A DNA stretch of 64,000 nt, from contig OZ234493.1 in assembly GCA_965153455.1 (NCBI GenBank), forward strand, positions 14,994,213 through 15,058,212. The letters run 5' to 3'. Positions 1-13,386 of the stretch are shown here, piece after piece; the first letter of the stretch is position 1; each line of letters begins with the position of its first letter. Source of the DNA: Sphagnum compactum. Taxonomy: Eukaryota. The translations under genes and the position numbers were made by a program. The notes under the pieces were generated by a model. It ran no database searches, had not been told where the DNA came from, and worked only from the letters and a program-made list of their open reading frames with translations.

Positions 1-1256
1 ATGACCCCCTCCCCCAAAGAGTCAAGAAGAAGAAAAACATGAGGATGGTAGACCTAATTGATATGGAAGGTAATTGAAAGCACCCTAAACCAAAGAGATA
101 ACCCCCAAACTTTTCCAATGCTTTGGGGGCAAATGCCTTCAATGAATAGATATCCAAGTTGGGTACCTCCTATGTATGGGATGGGACCACAAATGTGCCC
201 AAGGTTTATAAGGATCTAAGTGCCCAAGACTAGAATTACACACTCATCCCAACCCACAATAATATTGGGCAATGGCCACAATCAAAACATAGTTCAACCA
301 AGCATATAAGGTTGGAAGGCAAGTTGGAAATACTAAACAAAAGTTGTCATAAGTAATTAATCATAGAATATTGTCACAATTACATCATAATAACCATTCA
401 TTAATTTAGGCAATAAAGTATGAGACCTCCTTAATGGATCAATAAATTCATCATTTGATTCAAATATTGAGGGAACAATAGGAAGGGACCACTTCAACCC
501 CCCCCTCCCCTAGCATTAGGATTGGTAGGAGCACCATTTGGTTGGAATCTTTATTTTCCATGGTATCCCACGATGCCACCTATGACAATACCCTCTTCCA
601 TAACAAAAGGTAACATTTGTTTTTTAAATTACCTTTAGTACACCAAAAATTCGGTAGATGTGGAATCTATAATATAGGAAAATTAACAATGTGAAATCAA
701 TATACCTTGATTTACATGAGCCATTTTGCAAGATTTCACTAGACATTTATCATAAAAACATCTCCATGTAATTTGTGTAATGTACATCTTAAATTTGAAA
801 ATTGAGCATCTAAATTATTGTTTTCAATGAATAAAAGACTTAATAAAAAGAACCCATAATTTAAGGTACAAAAAAAAATGTGTTCATCAAAATCCTTTCA
901 AAAAGTCCTCCTTGGTATCAAGTCACCACATCATACTATCATTGAATACTTTATTTACTGAAAGGCATTATATGAAGATGCATTGAATCCATATTCATTG
1001 ATTGTGGATTGTGACAAGGTTTTTGGTAATATTTTATAAGTCCATTATGTTATGACATTCATCAAATTTATATAATGTGATTATACCATATAAAAAATTG
1101 TAGCGTCAAGTCCTTTTTCATTTTAATCATTTTGTTTAATCATATAGCTAATTGCTAATTGCAAACTTGTAAAATTTGCCACATTATAACATTTTATGGA
1201 AGGTGTAGTGTGCTTTCACCTAAGCAAGATACATTAATTCAACACTTAGAAGATTA

Positions 1257-4200
1257 GTGGTAATTTGTGAAAAGAACTCAACTAATGCATATGGTAATCA
1301 AGTTTTATTGGATGTATATCCGATGATGAAAGGAGACAAGAAGAAAATAGAAAAACAATCTACTTGGGGTAGCAAGCAAGGGGAGAAAGAGATTCACTAC
1401 TACATAAAATTTAGCCACTCCAAAGACAAATGTTTTTGGAACCTTAACAATCTAGGTAACTTGAAGGAAAAGTTGGAAGTAGTAGTGAATGAAGTTTCAA
1501 GCCAATAATCGAAGCAAGGTACATGGAAAAAAAGGAAAACCTAAGGAGGTATTGTTGGTAACACCTCTTTAATTTGCTACACATGTAACCAACTAGGTCC
1601 CTTGGCAATGTTACTAAGTCATCCTTGATTAAAAGATGCTGAGATAATTCATGATTTGGGTACCAATATGGTTATGATTAGAAATAATGATATGCTAAAA
1701 ATTGTTTTGATTTCCAAATATTGAAATGGCAATGTCAAGAGGCCATAGGTGATAATTAGTCACAAATTCACCAAAGGCATCACAAACAAAAGAATTTTTT
1801 TGGCCTTTAAACTTGATTTTTTTCTTATTAAGGTGATTACTTTGCTTGACTAAATGGGAATTGAACCACATATCCAATTCAAAGAATAACTATGCATAGT
1901 GGAAATTAATGAGATGCCCACCATGTAGAAGGAAAAAGCCTAAACATTGCTAAGTGGACATTACCCCAACAAGTACATGTTAGAAAAGTCAACATGGGCA
2001 TGGTAGAATAATCAAAAGTACTTTAAAATTAATGTTGACCTAGAAGGGACAATAGCTCTAGTAATATAAACAATTTTGTGAAAGTTTATGAATGTGTTTA
2101 CCAAGAATTACAAGGCACTAAAATACCCCTACACATCAAATGCACTACCATATGAACCCTAATTACGTAACTATAATTAAACTATATCTTGCCGAATTGT
2201 TGATAGTTGGATTCATTGAGTTCGTGGAGCAAACCACATGGTTATCATCTATTGTGTGACCCCCAAAAACAATGGCAAGTTGTGGATTTTCATCAATTTT
2301 GGTTCAAATGAATGCCATAATTAAAAAGGACCCATACCTAACATTGTTTGTGGACAAGGTGTTGGATAATGTAACAAATCATGAGGTTTATTTATTTTTG
2401 GATGGGTTTTTGAGCTACCATCAAATCCAAATAACTTTTGAGGATTGTTACAACATGGCCAAGTTATCACATATTGGTAGGCTTTTGGTTAGGTGGTGAT
2501 GTTGTTTGGGTTCAAGAATTCCAAGCACCAACCTATCAACAAGTATTAAAAAGGCATTCAAGGACTACTTGGATGACTTTATGAAACTTTTCTAGGATGA
2601 CTTCATTCAATTTAATGACTTGGCCACTCAATTGCACAAGTTGCAACATTGTTTTGAGAAGTGTCATGAGTTAAAGATTAGACTCAACCTAAAAAAATGT
2701 ACATTTTTCGTTTTCTCAAGAATGATTTTAGGGTTCATAATTTCCAAAGAGGGGAAATTATGGGACTCAAAAAAATAGAAGCTATTGTCAAGATGTTTGT
2801 CCCCACTATTCCCCATGACATCCAAGTTTTTAATGACTTAACCCAATTCTATTCTTGTTTTGTGAAATTTTTGCACTCATCATAACACCAATCACAAAAC
2901 CAATGCAAAAATCAAAGGCTTTCATATGGACTTATGAATGCCAGGATGCATGGAAAGCCATCAAGTGGAAATATACAAAGGCAAATATCTTGATTGCGTT
3001 ACATTGGGACAAGGAATTCCATGTCCACATGGATGCCTCCAGCTTGGCAATTTAAATGCAATGTTGGCCCAAAAAATTAATGGTAAGTGCAATTAGCACA
3101 TTGCATATGCATCTTCTTTGCTAAGCACAATGGAGTGGAATTATACAACCACAAATGGGGGGCATTGGCCATGGTATATGTGTTCCATAGATTTTAACAT
3201 TACCTTTTAGGTAATAAATTTGTATTCTATGTGGACCACATGGCATTGACCTACCTTGTCAACAAACCTTAATTTTTGGGCAAGATTACATGGTGGTTAC
3301 TTTTATTTTTGGAATATGACTTTATTGTCATATACCTTAAAAAACACATTTGGTGGTAGATGCGCTTTCTCAATTGCCCAATTTTTTCAAACCTCAAGGT
3401 GTTTTGAATAGATGTTCTAGGCATTTTTTTTTGCTATGCATACATATTGGTTACATGAGGTCAAGAATTACCTTCTCACAAGTACTTTCTTTGAAAACTA
3501 CCTTTTGGATTATTGAAAGTGTATTGTTTTGAGGGCCTTACGATTTATCATAATGGATAATCATTTATATTATTTTGAGTAGGACATGATATCATGTCAT
3601 TGTTTAAATTCATAAGAGGTAATTATTGTCCTCATTGAGTTGCACAACGGAGTGGGTGCTGGTCATCTTTTTGCAAACATTATTTTTAGGAAAAATTTGG
3701 ATGCATGTATTAGTGGCCCATTTTTCACAAAAATACCATGATGTGCAAATCTTTTGATGAGTGTGAAAAAATAAGAAATTTAACCAATATTGGCATAGCA
3801 AAGTTGGTCACCACATTATCATCAAACCCATTTGCAAAATGGGGGTTGGATTTCGTTGGTCCCATCAACCCCATGGGGTGATATGTAAACAACAAATATA
3901 TATATTGGTGACAACTAATCATGTTACCAAATGGGTGGGGGCCATGGCTTTTAAAACCAACATAGTAGCAACTACTACGAAGTTTCTGCACAAATGCATT
4001 TTGATCAATTTGGGTGCCATTTCAATTTGGTTACAGACCAAAGAATACATTTTATTAACAACACCATTACCTACTAAGTGGATCATTTTATCTTTGGCAT
4101 ACTACTTTAACCACATATAACCTTTAAAGGCAGGCTAAATCCATTAATATGGTAATTAAGACCATGTTGACCAAAATATGAAATTATTTTATTAACATTT
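1257..4200 (+). mobile_element. Degenerate Ty3/Gypsy LTR retrotransposon gag-pol remnant
   Basis: Zinc-knuckle-like ICYTCNQLG (~1573). RT: KKDPYL..VDKVLD..YLFLDGFLSYHQI, with FMKLF*DDF at the YxDD position. RNase H: WDKEFHVHMDASSLAI..YVDHMALTYLVNK. Integrase: HNGVGAGHLF..KWGLDFVGPI..YILVTTNHVTKWV. RT-RH-INT order is Gypsy type. Many stops and frameshifts. Confidence 0.9.
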
Positions 4201-4499
4201 GGACCTTTAAAAGTAGTGTAAAGGGACTTGTAACCATTGCTTTTAAGCAATAAAAGGACTTGTAAATGGACTTGGAAAACCTTGAACATATTTTTGGCAA
4301 ATTTTTAACACAAACCTTAACAAAATTGTACAATTTAATTTTTTTTTTTTTTGAAAGCCTTTTTATTAAAGTATTCCAAGAATATTCCCCAAAAGGCAAT
4401 CACCTAAAGGGTTGCCAATGGCTCCAATTAGCTTGTTTGCATCCAAACCTTACCCTAGCCTTAGTTAAGGTGACAAAAGATCTAAAAGGTAGGTCAAAC

Positions 4500-6201
4500 C
4501 AACTTATTTAAAAAACATACATGTTAGGCATTCAAGAAAAATTAAGGCATGATACCATTGGCTTTGGTTTTATGGATTTAATCATGATGTAAAAGAAAAA
4601 AGGTATGATTACAAGCTGGAGGCCCATGCCTTCCATCGAGAAAAAGGATGAAATTCCATTTAAGAAGTTGGGAAAATATACTTTGACATGTACCATTTGG
4701 GAATGACACCAAGAATCATAATGATGGTTTAATTGTAAAATATTATAATGACAATTTAAAAAAAATTGTACCCCTTTGATAGTAAAGGGTTAAGGCCTTC
4801 CAAGGGTAAGGTACACTTGATGACATTTTGCATGTGAATAAAATGTTGCACCTCTTCGCCTCAAGCAAGCTTCAAAAAGCTTTTGTGTATTCTCACATTC
4901 TTGAACAAAAAAATTGGGTTGTGGGAAAAATAGGAGAACAATTAGAAAAGGAAGAGAAGAAGGGTGGTGACAGATTTTAGATAGAAAAGGAAGAGAACAA
5001 TATAAGTTGTTGAAGGTAGGCAAAATAGAAAAGAGAGAGAATGCCAAAAAATAGAGAAAAAAAAGAGAAATTGTGACTAGAAATTTGTGAAAGGTGAAGG
5101 AAGAAAACATAAATTTATAAAGAGGAAAGGAAGATAGAGAAAGAAAGCATGAACATTACAAAGAAGGAAAAAAATGAGAAGGGAGGATAAGGAAAGGAAG
5201 ATAGTTGGGAAAAAATTCAAAAGAATATGCAAGTGAAAAAAAATCATTCCAATTATGGAAGCTGTGAAAGAGAATGTGAGGGTAGCCACATGGTGAAAGA
5301 GTAGTTTAGAGGAAGCAAGTAGCCCAAATCATAAAAACCACTAGAAAGAGGGAAAAAAAAAGACAAGATGAAGAAGAATAAGGGAATTGTGTAGGCAAAT
5401 AACTCCCATCAAGCCCCCAAAATGACACCCATGTGGAAGATATAAAGATGTTTAAAAGAGGATGATACTGGGCGGGTGATTATGATGGGTTTGGCAAGGT
5501 TGTGAAGGATATGTTGGAGCCCACTTTGGGTAGATTTAGTAGCAATCAAGGTGAAGTTGGTAAAGGGAGAGTGGGTAGAAATCACACATGAGGTGATCTC
5601 TACAATGATACAATTGCCAAGAGAAAGGCTAGAAATGATAAGATTTGTGTTTGATAGTATGTTTGTTTATGGTGTGTAGGTTATCTTTACTTGTTGTTCA
5701 TTGGTTGACGGGGGGCAAAGGAAATTAATGACGGGGGGCAAAGGAAATTAATAAAGTTAGTGCGTGAAACTAAAAAAAAAAGAAAAAAAAAACTAAAATG
5801 TAAATAACCTAGGAAAAGAGGTGTAATTTTAGACCTTGATTTAAAACATTTGGATTAAGTGAGGTGTATGGTGAATGTGGTGCAAAGGCAAGGAAGTTGA
5901 AAAAAAGTAGGAGGTTGAAGGAAGAGGTAAGAAGGGATAAACAAATGTCAAAGTCGAGCAAAAATCCCACCTAAACTCATTGAACACATGTTCTTGCTGC
6001 TTACCTCAAGAGTTAATATTTAATGGAACTTTGTCCAAAGTAAAGGAAAAGTGGGTCACCTTTGTTGTCACCATATAGTAAAAAGGTTAGGAGAGTCTTA
6101 CAATGAGGTGCTTTGGTAGGGGTTGAAGAGAACAATAAATAATATTCCCACATGAAGGGATAATGGGTGAAAATATTAAACATGGCATTGTTAGTGACAC
6201 A
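4500..6201 (+). mobile_element. Probable 3' part of the first Gypsy element (K/E-rich decayed ORF, PPT-like G tract, possible LTR)
   Basis: Purine-rich decayed reading frame at ~4950-5640. Perfect 23-bp tandem duplication TGACGGGGGGCAAAGGAAATTAA at 5706-5751. Region ends GTGACACA, like the LTR at 31146. Boundaries uncertain. Confidence 0.35.
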
Positions 6202-9200
6202 AGTTTAATTTGAACTAATTAAACTATCCACTTCCATGACCATTTAATATTACATCATGAATTAAATAATGTAAAATAATGTTTATTTTATACCTAAAAA
6301 TTAGGTTAGATCATAATGATAAATTTGAATTGACCATGAAATGTATAACTTCAATTTGAAGCAAAATGTATTAAAACCAAAGTAACCCAAGTACATGGCC
6401 TTTTAGATAAATTGTTTTCATTTCATGCATATAATACTTTTGCCAAAATTTTGATTTGTTAATTTATACTTTAGGTTGCAGAAGAAATTTCATGATTTTG
6501 AAAGACATTTAATTAAATATGCAATGGATTTGGTTTTAGAAATCATATGTAATGTTGCATGGGGTTTTAAAAAAGATCCATTGAGCAATTGGGGTTTTTT
6601 TATACATGGATATGAGGGATCCAAAAATTTTATTATAATTTTAGGAGTTGCCTTTCCATGGATGATCACATAGAGAACCTCTTGAATTTATTCTAGTGAC
6701 ACATATTTTTTCATGATTGATTGAATTAAATTTATGATGAAAAATAGGATAATAAATAATTAGTGTTTTTTTCGACCATTTTTTACATCGCTATGATAAG
6801 AAAAAACTCAATGTGAATTGCACAAAGGTTTTTTTGGGGAAAAAACTACAAAAGTCATCATATTTTGAGGAAAAAATGTCACATTTCACCATATTTTAAC
6901 ATTGAATTCCTATATTGGCCACTAGAACTAGGGAATTTTTTAAAAATATCTATTTTACTATCTCTTATGATAAGCAGTTTGCTAAAACAATAATTGTTGC
7001 CAAACCAAAACATAATAAATGAGGTTACACAATATTTGATAAAAGTAAATTGAATGGAATAAAATAAAATAATTTTATATAATGTCAAGGTTGACAAAAA
7101 CCTTGTTAGTATTATGCTTTTGTCCTTGTGTGTGTCATTGTGTGACCAATGCTGGGGATTCACAAGGAAGGATTCTCACGACAAGCCACATGGGGGAGGT
7201 GGCACAAAAGTGAGACACATGGCAATCATTGCAGTTGGCTTCAAGGTCATTAAAAGGTTGAAATTTGTGAACATCGTTTGATAACACAAGGCCCTTTTCC
7301 TATTGTGACAAATTCTAAAAAAGGGCCTCACGAACTAAATTTGAATCAAAATATTGTGTTCAATTGGTTTATAAGGTGTGGATACACACAAAAGAGCCAA
7401 TGGGATTACTTTACAAAAGGACTATGTGTTTTTTCTACTCTTTTTCCACTTTTTCATATGAAAGAATTTTTGGATGAAATCTTTCACAACTCGTTATTAA
7501 AAATACATATAGTCACCCCAATAGATCACATGTTTTGTGTTAATCATTGTTGAATAAATATGAAAATTTCAAAGTGTGTAAATTTTGCTAGATTTTGTGT
7601 TTCATTTTGAAAATTTATCATAATTGTGAACCATAGCAAAATATGCTAATTACTTTAGGTTTTTGTTTCTTGTGTCATAAATTACAATTTTGTTTTGTAT
7701 GTCATGCACATTACACCCCATTTACATGTGGTAAAAGACTTTTGAAATTTTAACATTTTAAAAAATATTTTGAATTTTAAAAAATTTCAAATTTCATATT
7801 TTTAAATCTTGTGAGTGCTCAAAAAACATTCATAATTTAGATTACTCCATATTTAGATTTGTGAATCAATTAACATAATTGGTTTGTATGTTTTTTTCTA
7901 GCCATTTTCTAGCATTATTTCCAGGTAGGAGAAGTGGTCAATTGTTGATTTCACTTTTGTTTCTATTAGTTCCACTTGTGATTGAAAAAAATTTCATTGT
8001 TGTTATTAGTCTATACCTAACATTTAAAAAATTCAAATTATATCATGGATGCATACATAAATAACAAATTTATAAAAAATATTTGACAATCCATCAAGCA
8101 AATTATAATAAGAATGTCTCTAAATAGTTGATTCAAAAGTTTTTAAAGTTGAAACCTAGATTGGAAACAAATTTATAATAGATGGTTATCCAGACATTAG
8201 TATCAAATGTTTCGAAACATATCTTGATTAATGTATTAAGTTGCTAAAGAGTGTTACAATATTTCAAGTTGTCAAAAAACTAGTATAAACATTATTACAA
8301 TGAACTTCCTCCAAATGAAGCATGTAACAACTTTGAAGTGTCATATGGTGCTATTGGAAATAGCATGATTTGAAACACACAATTAATACCCAATCCATTG
8401 AAGATGTGTCCAATTCAATTGTGAAAATCAATTTGATTGTCACAAGATGACAAAAATGGGCAAGATGAATGCACACACATTGTAACAACAATGAAACATT
8501 GTCAAATAACATCCTTGAACATCAATAATATCAATAAATTTGTCACCAAAAAGTTAGTAGTATCAATCATTAGATAACATTGTTGAACTCCACCACCATT
8601 AGTAGCTTTTTGTGATAATTGTTGAATCTCATTGTGTATTGAGTGTACTAATATTTCAAGCTTTCAATTCAAACTATGATTACACCATTTTAAATAGAAA
8701 AATCAAAATCCATATCATGAAGACCTCAACCATCCATATAATGATGCGAATTGAAAGGGGAATCAAACCAATTACGTTTTGGAACAAGTCTTGGAAGGAC
8801 CCATTAGCACCCAATGGAACAATGACTTGTCCTATGGGTTCATTGGATTCCTAGATGGAATGGGCATCACCCATAGTATATTAAAATCTTATTCTTATTT
8901 CATGTATGCAAGTGATTGGAAGTTTCTCCTAAGAGGAATAGGGTGATTAAATATTATTTACACATTTTGGCACTCTTATTATTAATACTTGACTCATTAT
9001 CACATTATGTTTTGCAGGTAACATTAAATCATGTGTTGCCAAGTGAAATGCACAACTCCACAAGAAAAGGCATAAAAAAAAACTCTCTTTGTGTAATGAA
9101 CAATTTTGACAATTTTGAAATTGTGAATAAAGTTCAATGTGCACTCAACTAAATCTTATATGTGTACTATTGTTGTGAAACTTAAAAGACTAAGTGCACA

Positions 9201-10625
9201 AGGCACATGCAAATTTAACTAAAGTCAAATTGCCTTTCATTAATTTAATTAATATTTAATTTTTTTGAATTTTATTAAAGTCAATTCTTTTTCTTATATT
9301 AAATTATCACTTGAAGGTTTTAAGTAGAGGGTTCATATAATGTATAAATTTGTCCATTCAACATGCATTCACCTTAAAACCAAAGTTCAATAAATGATGG
9401 AAGAGGAAGATGGACCGGATTTTAATTTTATTATTTATAACTTGAAAGCTCTTGCAATTGATAATCTCATGTCATGGGAATGTTGGGGGAAAATAACAAG
9501 ATCTTGTTTACGTTAAAAGAATTTAAAAATATGTTAGTGAACCTTAGATTATACATTGATGAAATTATGATTTAAGAAATTGAAGAGTATGAAAACTAAA
9601 TCCAAGAGGAGATTAGGAAGACATTGAAGTTTAGAATGAAAATTTTCAAGATTTCATAAATTTTTTCGTGCAATGATTTTGGTAAAGGAAATTGTGTGAA
9701 GTTCAATTTTTTATAGGTTCATAATTTTTTGCAAAAAAATGTCATGCATTTAAAACATGTATGAAGCATATATAAATAAAATGAAATATTTTCATCCACC
9801 CGATCGTCAAATGGGAAGTTTGTGATGACATTATAGCCCATTGAATTCATGGCACATTTTTTTTTGGCTTTAATTTAGATTTTGAATATTTCAAGAAAAA
9901 GCATATTAGACCATATTAGGCAATTGGTAAAAATATCATCATTGTGCAAAGAATTGGATTTGGAACCATCCCATCAATCCACAATGGGATTTGAACTAAA
10001 CCCAATTTGAAATTTTGTCATGAAAGGAATTGAAAACTCTTGCAATACTTTATATGTCTAATGGGAACTAGAGGTCTTCTTATGTAGGGCAAATAACCAT
10101 TTAAAACTTGTCATCATTAGCCTTTTTTTATTGGCCAAATATCACCAAAAAGCGAAACTAAAAATTCCAAAATGAAGTGTTTTTGAAATTTGGAGGGTTT
10201 CAATTGCCAAAAGCAAAGATTTTTTTTTTTTTTCTTCTATATTTTGATATTTGTCTTTCGATGTATAGCCATCAAAATAGAAGATTGGTTAAAGATTTTT
10301 TAAATTTCATATCTGGTTATAACCAGGTTTGGCTAAATCTTCCTAGGATGGTAACCACTTAGGCAAATAATAATAATAAAAAATCCTAAAAAAAGGCACT
10401 AAATCACCATAACTGGCAAAGGACCTTTTTGTGTTTAAACTTGATTAAGGAAAAAAAAAAAAAAAAAAAGATGCTGCCCCTGGGTGTGTTGTATTCACCC
10501 CAATTATTGGATTCTTCAGGAAAAAGCTGTGGCATGCACATGAGGTGCAGAAGGGGGTGTTTTAAAAATTTTTGGGGGGATTTTTGGGGACTTGGGAACA
10601 CAATACTAACAATGGGGCTGGTATA

Positions 10626-11018
10626 TCTAGTACCCATTTGTTCTTTTTCTCCTAACCAAAAAAGAAAGAAACAAAAACACCCCAAAAAAAAATCCATCAA
10701 ATTTTTAGGGTTCAATGTTTTTTAGGGTTAAAAAACAATTACAACCCTAAAAAAAAAAACATGTTTGATTCAAATAGAAAAATGTCAAGTAGTCTAGAAT
10801 GTTTCCCATTTGTTCTTTCTCTCCTAACCAAAAAAGAAAGAAACAAAAACACCCAAAAAAAATCCATCAAATTTTTAGGGTTCAATGTTTTTAAAGGGTT
10901 AAAAAACAATTACAACCCTAAAAAAATTAAATTTGATTCAAATAGAAAAATGTCAAGTAGTCTAGAATGTTCCCATTTGTTCTTTTTCTCCTTAGGAAAA
11001 AAAAGAAAGAAACACCCA

Positions 11019-11049
<31 letters not shown>

Positions 11050-11153
11050 GGAAATTTTTAGGGTTCAATGTTTATTTTTAGGGTTCAACAACAATCTCAA
11101 CCCTAAAAAAGAAACATGTTCAATTAAAACAGGAAAATGTCAAGTAGTCTAGA
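10626..11153. repeat. ~168-bp tandem repeat, 3 copies
   Basis: TCTAG anchors at 10626, 10793, 10961 and 11148. Each unit contains AAATTTTTAGGGTTCAATG...AACCCTAAAAAA...AAAATGTCAAGTAG. Confidence 0.9.
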
Positions 11154-12769
11154 AACATACAAACTCTTCCCACTCCCCCCCCCCCCCCCCCCCCCCAAAC
11201 CACATTGGAATTTGCAGTCTTTTGGTTGCCTTATAACAATTGGGGCCAAAGTTGGGGGAGTGAATCTAGGGATTCAATAGTGAATCTTCTTGCATCATCC
11301 CCCTAACCCTACCCCTCCCCCACCACACCAGTTCCTCATGGGTTGGGGTGGATCTTGCCTTTTACTAAGTAAGTAGGTACATTGAATAAAGTCACATTGA
11401 TAGTATTGAATATCCTCAAGAGTTCTTACTCACTCACCCACAATGGAAGAATCCCAAGAAGAAGAAGAAGAAGAAGTGAGATTCAATATATATCCACAAT
11501 AAGTATTGAATCCTTACTTGGATGGGATGACTAATTCAATCTCATCACTTGTGTTAAAGAAAGTCATCTTAAGCTAGCTACACTTGGTGTTGTTGTTGTG
11601 GTTATTCTCCTAGGTACTTTTTTTACTTTGCTCTATGATGGATGATGGATGAATGAATGAATGGATGAAATAATGGATGAATGAATGAATGAATGAAGCT
11701 TAGAGAATGATATGTCAAGTACACTTACTACCTCCATATTGCTTATTGAAAGATTTGGCGATTTTAGGTCAAATTCCCGAGTACACTTACCTCCATATTT
11801 GCATATCGAAGATTCGGTGATTTTAGGTCAAATGTTCCCATTGCTGAATCTTCCTTTGATTTTGGGTAGACACAAAATATGCATGATTGAAGACGAATCA
11901 CTCTTTTCAAGTAGTTGGGCATCGAGTGAACAAACTTGTTTGATTACATATTTGTTAGTTTGGATGAAACTCTATCACGGCTTGGCCCTTGAGGTAAGGG
12001 CTCAACCCCTAATATGTTGTTTTGCTCGTAATCAATCTTTGGACAAATGCATTTGTGTTTAGGGTTTATGTGTGTATGAGAGAGAGTGTGTTGTGTATGT
12101 GTGTATGTGTGTGTGTGTGTGTGTGGCTTTGTCTAGTTTTATTGGGAGTCCCTTCATGGGTCATTGGCCTTTGTCTTTCATGCGGGTCCTATAGTAATAC
12201 TTGTTACGAGAAGGTTCTCTACTTTCTCGTCTTTTTGGTGATGGAACTTGGTTTTTGTTGTTTCATGGGAGGCCAAGGATCCTACTTGGGTCCCTTGGGT
12301 ATTGGCTCCCTTTGTCTTTCATGCATGACCTCTAGTTAATTGTAGTAAATAGTATTTGTTATGAGAACCTCTACTTTCTCATCTTTGGCACTATAGCTTG
12401 GTTTTTTTTTAAATAAAAAAAAATTATTTTATTTTTATTTTTTGTTTTTATAATTGATTGGTAGAGATTTTTGCTTGCATCTCAATGGCCATAGTCGGTT
12501 TTAAAAAATAATTTTTTTTCACAAATTTCTTTGTGTTTTGGATGCCTTGTTGGAAAGGTTTTTTTTTGGTTTGGCTTCTCATTTCACAATGAAATTAAGT
12601 TTCATCTAGGTGACGCCAATCTTTTTAATTGGTCATCGGTCGGTTCTCGTGGATCATTTTTATTGTCACTTCCTTTTGCTTTGTTTTTCAACAAGAAGTC
12701 CCCCCCCCCCCCCCCCCCCCCCAAATTGAAGTACATGGATGGAAAGGAGGGAAAACCCTCAAAAAATCA

Positions 12770-12868
12770 AGCACATGGATGGATGGAGGGAGGGAAAAAC
12801 CCAAAAAATCAAGTACATGGATGGATGGATGGATGGATGGATGGAGCAAGGGAGGGGTGGATGGATGG
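12770..12868. repeat. (GGAT)n microsatellite cluster upstream of VIP1
   Basis: Visible directly. Similar (GGAT/GAAT)n run at 11637-11696, (GT)n near 12090-12125 and (CT)n near 16033-16063. Confidence 0.9.
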
Positions 12869-13386
12869 TACCAAGCATAGGTTACATTGAGTTGTGGAAT
12901 TTTTCCAGTGTAAGTCTAAATACAGCAAAAACTAATTAATAATGGTTGAAATAAAAATAAATTATACAGTAATGGTTAAATTTCCCAGTAGCAGTAGTAG
13001 GTAATTTTTTTTTAAAATTTAAAAATTTAAATTTCCTGTTTTTGTTTTTTTTTATAATTTTTTTTGGTTTTGGGTTTTGGTTGGAGAAAAACTAGATTCC
13101 CTCCCCCACCGGCAGTAGCCGGTTACCGACGGTCAACAGGCCGCAGTCGGTTGATTCTCAGACCCGGGCGGGCGGTTCATTCGGCGCTGGGCAGGGCGAC
13201 GAGTGGCGTCCGCGGTCCAGTTCGCGGTCTACCGCGCGGTCTCTCCCCCTCTCTTTCTCTCTCTTCTCCGTCTCGACGACCACGCTGGTGAAGAAAAGCC
13301 TCGCGGAGACGACGAAGGAAGGAAGAAGCAAGAACGCGGAGCAGCAAGAGCAGCAGGAGCAGGAGGATTACAGAACAACAAAGGAG

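Noticed and set aside
7133-7310. Solo LTR (TGTCA...TGACA)
   Set aside because: Short, with no target-site duplication.
6300-10400. Short ORFs as genes
   Set aside because: AT-rich decayed repeat-like sequence with no recognisable motifs.
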